Shown piece by piece: positions 35,795 through 46,500 of a stretch of 64,000 nucleotides of DNA. Where the stretch lies: NCBI RefSeq assembly GCF_011386835.1, contig NC_088802.1, positions 56,978,001 to 57,042,000 on the forward strand. The letters are read 5' to 3'. Each line of letters opens with the position of its first letter. The stretch's first letter is position 1. Under the pieces are notes generated by a model, which had not been told where the DNA came from, made no database searches, and saw nothing but the letters and a program-made list of their open reading frames with translations. Made by a program: the position numbers and the translations under genes. The DNA comes from Chrysemys picta bellii. Taxonomy: Eukaryota.

Positions 35795-38700
35795 ATGCTG
35801 CCCGCCGCCCGCCCCGTGGGGGGGCCCTGCCTGAGGGGGCTCCGGGCCGCCGCCCGCCTGCTGCTCCGGTACCGGGGCCGCCCCGTCCCCGCGGGAGCCC
35901 CGAGCGGCCGGTCCCCGCGCGCGGCCCTGGGGCAATCCCGGGCCCGTCCCCTGCGGGTCCCGCCGCCCCGCTCGCGCGGCTCGGGCTGCGAGCCCGGCAC
36001 GGCCCGTTCCCGGGGGGGGCGGGGGGCTGCGCGGGGCTGTGCGCGGGGCACCTCCGGGCCTGGCTAGAGCCTGACCGGGCCTCTCTTTCCATCGACAGGC
36101 AGCCGCTGCCGGGAGTCTGCGCTGGGAGGATGCTGAGGACCGGCTGCCCCCGAAGGGCCGAAGCCCTGGCCAGCGCCCCCTTGGATAACGCCCCGAAGGA
36201 CTATCCGCCCAAGATCCGGCAGCTGGTGCAGGACATCGCTGGCTTGACACTGCTGGAGATCTCGGACCTCAATGAGTTGCTGAAGGTGGGCAGGACTTGG
36301 GCAGGCTCTGCCTCTCCCTGTCAGGGGCTCGTGACGGGTACCGGCGGGGGGGGTCACCTCTCTCTCCCCTGCCCCCCGCAAGTCTCTCCTCTTCCCCCAC
36401 CAGCTCCTCCACGGAGCTCCCAGCTGTTTGCTGCTGCCTCTCCCTGTGGCTGCAGCTGGCCAGCTCCAGGAGCTGCTGCACAGGAAGGAGGCCCAGCTAG
36501 CAAACCCTGGCAGAAATTGGGGGGAGGGCATGTGATCCCACCTCCCCACATGTAACCTCTGGAAAGTGCCCCACTTCGTATAGTTGGGTAGGGTAGATGG
36601 CCTGGGCTGTACTAAGTTGGGGCTCCCAAGGCGTGGGGGGAAGGCAGGATACTGGGGTGGTTGATTGTCAGGGCACAGAATGGAGCTGTTCCTCTGCCCT
36701 TTGTCTATGGCTGGGGTGTTCTATGGTGGTCCCTCTTCTTGCTGGGAACACAGGACAGGCTTGAAGTGCTGTTGATTACACTTTGTTGCCTTCTGCAGAA
36801 GACATTGAAGATCCAGGACATGGGGCTGATGCCGATGGGTGGAATGATGCCACCACCTGCAATGCAGTCAGCCACTCAGGTAACTCCCAGGTGCTCTGCT
36901 AGGGTCCTCCTCCTTGCCCCTGGACAAATGCCAGGGGAAGGGAAGCACTGTCTAGGAAGATGGGCATTGGTTTAACCTTGTACTTTGGCAAATTTAGTTC
37001 TAGTGAGTCCAAAAATGCCCCACCTGTGATTCTGAAGGTTGGTTCTGAGCTAAACAGACCTACTCCAGGTTCTCCTAGGGGTCTTTATACCTGTGGTGAT
37101 TCTAGACAAGGAACTGGAGTGTTGGTAGAAGTTTATATAGCTGCCTATCAATCTTGGAGCATCTTTCTCTGTGCGAGTGCTGTGCCCCTCTGCAGGTTTG
37201 CAGTGAGGTGAGTTCCCCAGTTGGCCAGAAGGGGCTGTTTGTCACATCCTGTGTGTGGCAGGGCGGAAGGGTCCTGAATGCTGCTATACTCGGCCTCACT
37301 AGCTTGTGTTGGTTCCAGGTAGCAGAAGAAGAAGAGGCACCCAAGAAGCAGGAAAAAAAACATTTCACTGTCAAGCTGACTGAGGTGAATGCTGTGGAAA
37401 AAGTAAAACTGATCAAGGAAGTGAAGAACTGCATGCAGGGGCTGAACCTTGTCCAGGTGAGCACTTACCTCTGCCTGTATGATCTTGGTCACTGCTTGAG
37501 CAGCATCTCCCTGGGGCTGTGCTGAAAGCTCTGAGCCTCTGCCCAAACTATTTTCAAAAGTGCTTTTTAAAACAGAGACATTGGCTGTACTTCAGAATAG
37601 CAGCTTGGATTCTTCCATGTCCTTGGGCTCCCTTTCCAGTGCACAGCGGTGTCCCAAGTGCATGGGGACTGAGCAGAGGCCACCCAACAGGAAGGCTATG
37701 TCCACACTACCATGATAAGTCGACCTACGCTACGCAACCCCAGCTACGTACCTTAGGTCGAATTACTGTAGGAGATCAATGGGAGAAACTTTCCAGTCAA
37801 CTTCCCTTACTCTTCTCGTTGAGGGTAGAGTATAGGGATCGACTGGAGAGTGATCTGCTGTTGATTTGATGGGTCTTCATTAGATCCGCCAGTGGCTCGA
37901 GCTCGGCATAGATCTGGGCTGTAGTGTAGATGTGGCCAAAGTGTCTGCACCCACTTGTCTCTATTGATACCTTCAAAACAAGTGTCCCTCCTTCCCAGGA
38001 CTTCTGGGTGGTTGGTTTCTAGAGGCAATAATGCACATTCTCACCAGATGGGGGCAGCAAAAACCTAACCCTAACCATGTGAGAGCGGCTGAGTCCCACA
38101 TGGAATCTGCAAGAGAGGAGGGGCCATGGGAGGAAGACCTTTTTTTTTTTTTCCCCTTTAACAGCAGAGGAGTTTATTTATCCTATTAAGTACAGGAAAT
38201 CCCAATCAAACAGCTTAACTTGCCGGCACAGGTTAAACAAGCCATGTAAAGCATTTTTTACTGAACATGTGAAAAGTCAGGGCCTAAGAGTCCAAAGACA
38301 GAGTTGTCAGAACAGTTCATATTCGAGTCGGAGCTTATTTATCTTAAACTCTTCTGATGTTGCTTGTGTGTCCTGGAGGTGGAAATAGTTCCGCAGATCT
38401 GTTTAAATTGGCCCAACCAGCGGCATTTAACAAGCACTGAAGCAATGAAAGATTTAGAGACTGCATTTACTGATGTGCGATTAGATTGTCTTCCTTCAAC
38501 ACCCTCTTCGGCATCTCAGGCAGGCTTGCAGAGAGCCACAGCAGAAAAGCGAACTTCTCCTCTCTCACGTTCTGTGAACTGTCTGCAGATCTTGGCAGAA
38601 CCCTTCAATAGCAAATCATCTGAACTTTCTCCATGATTTACAGGGAATTGCATGCGTCCATCCACTTCATACAGGTGTTCATCCACGTTGACAAACCGAA

Positions 38701-41075
38701 TAAAATAGAAGTTCACTTCCTCTTCCTCTACTTGACACTGGCCTTCTGGTGCAACAGCAGTGTGGACTTCCTGAATAACCTTGTTATTTTCAAGATGTTT
38801 TCAGTCACCAATGCCTGTGGATGCAGTAAATTGGCATCACCACACATTGTACCCAGGTGCACTCTCCCCAGCAGGCAATGCCACAATTTATCCTAAGATC
38901 CCCTGCAGGGCTCTCTGGACTAGCTAGGGCTTCTCATTGCAGCTGGATTCAGTCCAGCAATGGCTTCTCTCCAAGGAGTTTTCTTAATTCAGAGTTACTC
39001 AGGGATGTATCCCTCTCATTCACCAGCCTCTTTGTAAGCTGAAATTCCAGTCCTGGCCTGCTTCCCTGCATACACGTGTCTGTGGCAGGGCACTCTGTCC
39101 TCTCAGAGGAGACTGTTGTCTCATTCTGGGTTTCTCACACAGTTAGGAGCAGAGATGCTTTCTGTTCTGCAGGCCATCTTTAGTATCTGTGGTCTAGGCT
39201 CAATATGAGGCAAGGGTGGTAATAACTATCAGGACATAGAAAAGGTAGAAATATATAACAAATATTTCTGTTCTGATTGGGAAAGAAGCAGTAGGAGCAA
39301 AACATTAGAAAAAAGTGTTTTAAGAACAGCAGCTAGCCTACACATACGTGTATCTTACCTAAAATCCTGCCATCCCATAGTGGTGACGTATCTGGCTATG
39401 TCTACACTAGCACTTCTGTCGGTCAGGGTGTGGGAAAAAACTATCCCTGACTGACATACTTTTCATCAACGAAAGTGCCAGTGTGGACAGCGCTAGGTTG
39501 GCAGGAGACGCTCTCTCCCCAACACAGCTACCGCCACTTGTTGGGGGTGGTTTGATTGTGCCGGCGGGAGAGCTTCTCCCACTAGCATAGAGCAGCTACA
39601 TGGGAGACCTTCCAGCAGCGCAGCTGTAGTGGTACAGCTGTGCCACTGTAAGGTCTGAATGTAGCCATGGCTTCTTCTGACCTCTCTCCTTTTCTCTTCC
39701 CCCTCCTACTAGTTCTTGTATCCAGCTTCCCCTGCTCCCCTAAGGGCGTGCTCTTAGTAAACCTGTGGGAGTCCTTTGTCTTGTTGATGGACTTTGGCCC
39801 TTCTGGCAACACCTATTCTGTAGGCTCAGCAGGAGATCAAGCAAGATTCATTTGAACCAATTGTTTTGGTGACTGTCCTGGGCCATGTCCTCTTTCCTGC
39901 CTGTAGAAATACTTAAACCAAGCCACTCTGCCTCCTTCCACAGACCTAAAGAAGAGCTCTGTGTAGCTCAGAACTTGTACTTTCCACCAACAGAAGTTGG
40001 TCCAATAAAAGATAGTGCCTTACCTACCTTGTCTCTAACCCAATATAGTCATACAGGAAAATACCACCCCAATAACCAGCTCATCATACACTATTAATAC
40101 ATTATTAAAATTCAGCTTCATAGTCATCACATGCGTTGTTACACCGCCTAATCCAGGGTCATACATCTAGGATCAAAGTGCACATTATGATTATAAGATG
40201 GGGGACCATGTCATGGAAACTGGTAACTTTGAAAAGAGCTTAAGAATCATGGTAGAAAATCAGTTGGACTTGAGCTCCCAATTCATTACTAGTAGAGGAT
40301 GAACTCTTGGATGTATTAAGTGGAGAATATCAATCAGGAGCAAGGAGGTGGCATTACCTCTGTAAACAGCTTTAGTGATTCCATTACTGGGATACTGTGT
40401 CCATTTTTGGGTGTCCACACTTCAAAAAGATTGTTTGCAAATTGGAAAGGGTTTGGAAAAGAGATACAAGTCTGATCTGAGGTCTGAAAAACTTGCCTTA
40501 GAGTGAAAGACTAAAGAGGCCCAGTGTATTTGGTTTCACCAAGAGAAGGTGTAGCAATGACTCGATCGCAGTCAGGTACCTATAAGTGGCAGAGATGTCT
40601 GGTTGCAGTCAGCTCTCCTGTCTAGCAGAAAAAGGCAGAACAACATCCAATGGCTGGAAAACGAAGGTAGGCAAATTCAGACTAAAAACAAGGTGGGGAT
40701 AACATCCCTAGGTAAGCTGTTCCAATGGTTAATGGATTCGCTATTGCTTGAAATGCTTAAACCAAGACTGAAAGACTTTCTGAAAGAGATGCTGTGCTTC
40801 AAACAGAAGTGATGGGCTTGATCCAGAGATTATTCGGGGTGGTTCTCTGGCCTGGGTTATATAGGACATAGGTGATGCTAATGGTCCCCTATGGCTTTAA
40901 AATCTATTAATCTAGTTAGTGAAAACAGCTAGTTTCTGACTCTCTCTCTCTCTGGCAGGCAAAGAAACTGGTAGAGTCACTTCCACAGGAAATCAAGGCC
41001 CATGTCTCCAAAGAGGAAGCAGAGAAGATCAAAGCAGCACTGGAGGCAGCAGGAGGGACCGTGGTTCTGGAGTAG
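35795..41075 (+). CDS. MRPL12: Mitochondrial ribosomal protein L12
   Basis: Exons 35795-35868, 36099-36285, 36799-36879, 37319-37456, 40959-41075 total 597 nt (198 aa). [60 protein letters not shown] at 41293-41298. Confidence 0.97.
37694..37937. mobile_element. Harbinger-type MITE
   Basis: Inverted ends ggctatgtccacactac / gtagtgtagatgtggcc. Confidence 0.75.
38140..38830 (-). pseudogene. UCHL1: 5'-truncated processed pseudogene of UCHL1 in MRPL12 intron 4
   Basis: Minus strand [89 protein letters not shown], uninterrupted. Followed by a 3' UTR, AATAAA (38178-38173) and a poly(A) run (T run at about 38140-38152). Confidence 0.88.
39394..39666. mobile_element. Harbinger-type MITE
   Basis: Starts ggctatgtctacactag and ends ...gaatgtagcc. 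Interior similar to the MITE at 41863. Confidence 0.7.
39935..40037 (+). mobile_element. Penelope-like terminal fragment
   Basis: gacctaaagaagagctctgtgtagctcagaac...ccaacagaagttggtccaataaaagat...accttgtctct matches a recalled Penelope-like end. Not verified by search. Confidence 0.55.
40200..40860 (+). mobile_element. Old CR1 LINE fragment
   Basis: Degenerate similarity to the CR1 ORF2 end (ggatactgtgtccatttttgg...cacttcaaaaaga...aaattggaaagggt). Confidence 0.65.
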
Positions 41076-41862
41076 ATGGCCCACTCTCATGGCTGAGGGA
41101 CTAATGTACCTCCTGCCCGTGTGGGGCACCTGTCCACTGACTGTCGCAGGGTTCCTGTGCATTTCCAAGGGGCTGAGATCTGCCCTGCTTTTCTGCAGTG
41201 GGGTTTGCTCGGTTAGGATGGCCCTGCGCCAGCGGGGTGTGTTCGGGGGAGGGGCTGACATTTGTACCAACACCGTAATGAACTCTGAATCTATTAAAAA
41301 GGTGTGTGTGGGGGAAAGTCTGTCAACCAGTGATGTGTAAAGACCAGTCCTCCCCGAAACCACTCACCAGACTGTGCACGCCAGCCAGCAGAGCTGCCTA
41401 GGCGTGGAGTGCACCCGTGCGCCAGCCCATGTGGCTCTGTGCCACCGAACAGGCCTGTTGCTGGCCTGTGGTCATTGATATTTTCACTCCATGTATTTAC
41501 TCTTTTTCCTGTCCCCCTCCTTCCAATGGTATCTTCCCAGGTGCCTTCGGTATGGAGGGGGAGGGGTGTCCTGTGCTAATGCAGTGGTTTGACCTTTCAC
41601 TGCAACTCAGACAATCTCAAACTAAGCCATGGTTAATTATTTACAGGTGAATGGATGTGGCCCACAGGAGCTGAGGGAAGGGGTATTTTTCTTGCAGGGT
41701 GATATTCAGGTTGGGGTGGATTCTCCTCCCTAGTGGGAGTCTGAACAGCATGGAAGCTTGGACTCCCATCTACTCAGCTGACTGCTGCTAAGAGGGGTGG
41801 GCACCTGTCTATCGCAGGTGACTGCTGTGCACTTGGAGGGAGGATTTGCCAGCCCAAACTAA

Positions 41863-42133
41863 GGCCATGACTATACTTACACGCTTCCCGAGGCACAGCT
41901 CTGCTGCTGTAAGAGCGCTTGTGTAGCTATGTTCTGCCGATGGGAGAGAACTCTGCTGTCAATGCACTAAAACCAGCTCAGTGAGCGGTGGGGGGGTGTC
42001 TCCTGCTGACATAGTGCTGGGCACACCCATGCTTATGCCAGCAAAATTTATGTTGCTTGCGGGGGGTGTTTTTTTCCCCACCGGCCTGAGCAACAAAAGT
42101 TTTGCTGACATAAGCGCTAGTGTAGCTGTGGCC
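41863..42133. mobile_element. Harbinger-type MITE
   Basis: Inverted ends ggccatgactatact / agtgtagctgtggcc flanked by a TAA target duplication on both sides. Confidence 0.8.
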
Positions 42134-42645
42134 TAAGCCAATGGCTGTGATATCAGTGGCACATGCCCATCTACCTCTGGGTGCTTGTGCAATAGTGCAG
42201 CGAGTAACAAAATCTGCATGAGCTGTGGGGGTGGTTGGCTTGGTACATATAAATGTGGGGGTTGGCTCGAGAAGCAGGGAGCCAGAGCCTGTGGGAAAGT
42301 CCCCCTGAGCTCAGGCCAGCACCTTGTTTCTATGACCCTCCCTCTCCAGTGTCATTGGCTAATCCCAGCCACTTCTGGCCACCTTCATTCACAGCCCCTC
42401 CCTTTGCCTTACCTTTCTGAGCTGTTAATAATACACAGGGGGGGCTGCAAGCCCTGCCCATCACTGCCCCTGTTTCCTGAGCTGCCAGGCAGAGGGGCAG
42501 CCTGGCCAGAGGGCAGCTCTGCATTCAGGTTACGGGTAGGACAAGATCTGAAAGGGGTGCTGGGGAGTGGGGTTTGGAGCTGTGTTTACTCTCCAGCAGT
42601 TGGCCAGCCCGTAGGAGACTGCACATGTTACAGAGAGGGAATGAG

Positions 42646-42848
42646 CAGTGGTTTTCAAACTGTGCTGGTGACTCCTTTCACAGAGCAAGTCTCTGAGTGT
42701 GACCCCCCCCCCTTATTGAAAACAGGGTGGGGTAATTTAAGGGGGCCTTTGGGCTGTCAGCCCCACAGAGCTGACAGGTGGTGACCTCCATGTAACCACC
42801 TTGCATCCCCTTGAGGGGTCATGAGAACCCTCCATTTGAGAACCCCTG
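42646..42848. mobile_element. hAT-type MITE
   Basis: Inverted ends cagtggttttcaaa / ttgagaacccctg. Imperfect flank duplication gaatgag / gattgag. Confidence 0.65.
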
Positions 42849-43202
42849 GATTGAGCCTCTGACCCTGCCTGAGCCCACACCCTGGCCTGGCATATTCTTT
42901 CTCCTTGCTGGTGCCTGTCGTGTGTGTGGGGAGGTGACTAGTCTCCTGACCCACTGTGCACTAAAATCTCAGTGACCGGGGCTCAGGCCATGTCTGCTTT
43001 GAAAAGTTACCAGCTGGTGCAAGCTTGGGCTCTTTGTCCAGCATCCGTATCCCTGAATCCTGCACCGGCCCTCTCGGGGTCCTGGCCAGATTAGTCACAA
43101 AGCCCCGAACCAGGCCCAGGGCACCCCGCTCAGGCCATGTGCACACACCTCTACCAGCTCACCCACACGTGGCTTTGTCTATGAAAGTGCCTGCGGCACA
43201 GG

Positions 43203-43324
43203 TGGGGTGACCAGACAGCAAATGTGAAAAATCAGGATGGGGGGGGGGGTAATAGGTGCCTGTATAAGAAAAATTCCCAAATATCGTGACTGTCCCTATA
43301 AAATTGGGACATCTGGTCACCATA
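43203..43324. mobile_element. Short hAT/Blackjack-like MITE just upstream of SLC25A10
   Basis: Inverted ends ggtgaccaga / tctggtcacc around a 120-bp interior. Confidence 0.65.
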
Positions 43325-43596
43325 GGTGCGGGCGCCCTGCCTTGCCCTGGGGTGCAAAGGGGGCGACCAGCCTGCACTGCGCTATTGCCCTGTGGCTGGC
43401 CTGGCAAGGTGGGGGCCGAACCCCCCGACCTGGGTCCCCTTGGGGCTGGGGCCTGCTCTGGGCTCCGCTGCCGTCGCCCCTTTAAGTCTCCCTGCGCTGG
43501 CGTTGCCCGTTTAAGGCCGGGGCGGGCGGGGCTGTGCTGTGCTGGTGCTGGGTCGCGCCGCCCGGGGAAGCGGATCCCGCCGCGCGGACCGGCCCG

Positions 43597-46500
43597 ATGG
43601 CGGAGAAGCGCGTGTCCCGCTGGTACTTCGGGGGCCTGGCCTCGTGCGGCGCCGCCTGCTGCACCCACCCGCTGGACCTGCTCAAGGTGCGGCCCCCGGA
43701 CCCCCCAGAGCCCCAACCCTCCGCCCCCCCCGGATCCCCCTGCCGGGCCCCCCAGTGCCCCAACCCTCCGCCCCTGCCGGGCCCCCTCCCGGGCCCCCTA
43801 GAGCCCCAACCCTCCGCCCCTCCCGGACCCCACAGAGCCCCAACCCTCCGCCCCTCCCGGGCCCCCTGCCGGGCCCCCCAGTGCCCCAACCCTCCGCCCC
43901 TCCCGGGCCCCTTGCCGGGCCCCCCAGTGCCCCAACCCTCCGCCCCTGCCGGGCCCCCTCCCGGGCCCCCTAGAGCCCCAACCCTCCGCCCCTCCCGGGC
44001 CCCCTCCCGGGCCCCCCAGAGCCCCAACCCTCCCGGGCACCCCAGAGCCCCCTCCCGGATCCCCCCAGTGCCCCAACCCTCTGCCCCCCCCATCCCTCTC
44101 ACCCCAACCCTCTGCCCCCTGCCGACCCCCCTCAGACCCTCCCAGTGCCCCAACTCTCCGCCCCTCCCGGATCCCCCAGTGCCCCAACTCTCCGCCCCTC
44201 CCGGATCCCCCAGTGCCCCAACTCTCCGCCCCTGCCGGGCCCCCCAGTGCCCCAACTCTCCGCCCCTCCCGGATCCCCCAGTGCCCCAACCCTCCGCCCC
44301 TGCCGGGCCCCCTCCCGGGCCCCCCAGAGCCCCAACCCTCCGCCCCTCCCGGGCCCCCCAGTGCCCCAACCCTCCGCCCCTGCCGGGCCCCCTCCCGGGC
44401 CCCCCAGTGCCCCAACCCTCCGCCCCCCCCATCCCTCTCGCCCCAACCCTCTGCCCCCTGCCGACCCCCCTCAGACCCTCCCAGTGCCCCAACCCTCCGC
44501 CCCTCCTGGATCCCCCCCTCGCCCCAACCCTCCGCCCCCCCCCCCGACCTCCCTCGGGCCCCTCACTGCCCCAACCCTCTGCCCCAGGGCCCCTCCAGGA
44601 CCTCCTCCGCCCCCTGGTTCTCGCACTGCTCCCAACCCTTTGGGCCCCCTCCCAGACCTACTGGGCCCCCCACTGCCCCAACCCTCTGCGCCCCGGGCCC
44701 TCTCCTGGACCCCCTCTGTCCTTGGGCTCCCTCACAGCCCCCCTTGGCCCGCACTGCCCCAACCTTTGACCCTCATGCCCCTCCGGATCCCCTCCGCCCC
44801 CGGGCTCCCACTGCCCTGGCACGCTAGCACCCAGCAGGCAGCAGCGTGGGCTCTGACCACCCCAACCAGCTGTTTGGAGGCTCCATTGCTCTCTCTGCCC
44901 CCCCCCCCCCCCCACCCCCTGGAGCTGTTCCCTCAGCACTGTGGGGTCTGCACTGGGCTCTGGCTGGAATCCCGAGGGCACAGGCCTGCATCAGGAAGAG
45001 GGAGAACATGTTTCCTTTGCCCCCGTGCCACCTTCCCCACCACAGGCCCCATATTCCTGGGCCACTCCTGCTGCCTTCCAAGGCCCGTGAAGCCTGGTCC
45101 CCAGCCAGGGGCCCGATGCTCTTGTTAATCTTCTCTCCTGAGGACTTCGGACCCACGCTTGGCCCAGCACGGCCTGCTCAGCAGCACAGGCTGTAGGCGC
45201 TGGTGTAGGCTGGGGCTCTACGGAGGGCGTGGGCGGCTCGGCTAGGTTGGGGGAGCCGAGGTGTAGGGGAGTCCCTGGCTCACAGAGCCCCCATCTTGCC
45301 GGGCGCTCTCTGCTACGAACGTGGAAGATGTACAGTTACCCCGGGCTGGGTTGGGGCTGGGGCCTGGTCAGGACTCCTGGGTCCATCTCCTGGCTCCGCT
45401 TTTCCCCCAGGCTGGGCATGCAGAGAGAGAGAGAAGGTATTTCTCGCTGGGAACGCCAGGGAGGTCCCTGCTGCCCGGTGCTGCGGCCACTGGAAGATAG
45501 AGGCTCCGTGGACTGTGCGGCAGCAGCTGGGAGTGCGATGAAAGGCCCCTGCTCCCCTTCCCCTTTATCGCATCGGAGCCAGACGCTCGCCCTTCCCCAT
45601 CTCTGGGGCTCCCCCCTTGCATGGCCCTCCCCCCTCATTGGCCATGGCCTGGTGGGTTCTCTTACATACGCCACTGAGAGGCCATGCTGGGAGGGGGGTG
45701 CACTACTTATAGGTGCCCCCTAACTTGGTTTGTTCCCCCCCCCACCTGCCATGGTCCCTGCTCCCGGTGACAGGGTGTGGGGCTGATTCCCAAGCTCCGG
45801 TCGCGTGGGGGGGGCCCACGGGTCTGTGGTCACTTGCTGTGATCACTTGCTGGAGCTCCAGCGCATGTGCTAAGGATTAACCCCAAGAAGGGTCAGGACC
45901 ATTGTCCCCGATGTGCGGGGAAAGGGTCACAAGCAGCTGTCCCAGTCTTGGCTCTGCAGTACATGGAGGGATCAGCCCTCCCGTGCGCTCCAGGCTGGGG
46001 GTGCTGGGCCTGACCCCCTGCATGCTCTCGCCCTGGCCCAGGTGCACCTGCAGACGCAGCAGGAGGTGAAGATGCGCATGACAGGCATGGCGCTGCGTGT
46101 GATCCGCACTGATGGCTTTCTGGCGCTCTACAACGGGCTCAGCGCCTCGCTCTGCCGCCAGGTGAGTGCCCGGGGCCGCATCCGCCCCACTTCCGCCATG
46201 AGGGGGCGCCCCCCATACTGGGCCCTGCACCTCCTGCTGCAGCGCGCACACCCCAGCCTCCTGCCATGGGGGTCACCCCCGCTTCCCCCCTCTACCCAGT
46301 CCCTCAGCTTCCTGCCGTGGGGGTCGCTCCCCTCCCATTACGCAGGCCCTGGGCCCCTCCCCATTACCCAGGCCCCACACATTCCCCCCCACATCCAGGT
46401 GCTGGCCTTGGTAGTACTCCTTTCCGGGGAGCAGCTCCCTCTGGCTGAGCTGGGGAGCAGCAGCCCAGCCCCGGAGCCAGGGGCTCGGTGCCACGTGCTG

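Noticed and set aside
38516-38716. Calling the retrocopy UCHL3
   Set aside because: The ending [12 protein letters not shown] and DGRMxFPVNHG match UCHL1 rather than UCHL3 (DELRFNAIALS, DGRKPFPINHG).
43482-45128. Long collagen- or extensin-like ORFs
   Set aside because: Produced by the SLC25A10 intron 1 repeat. Only exon 43597-43686 is coding.
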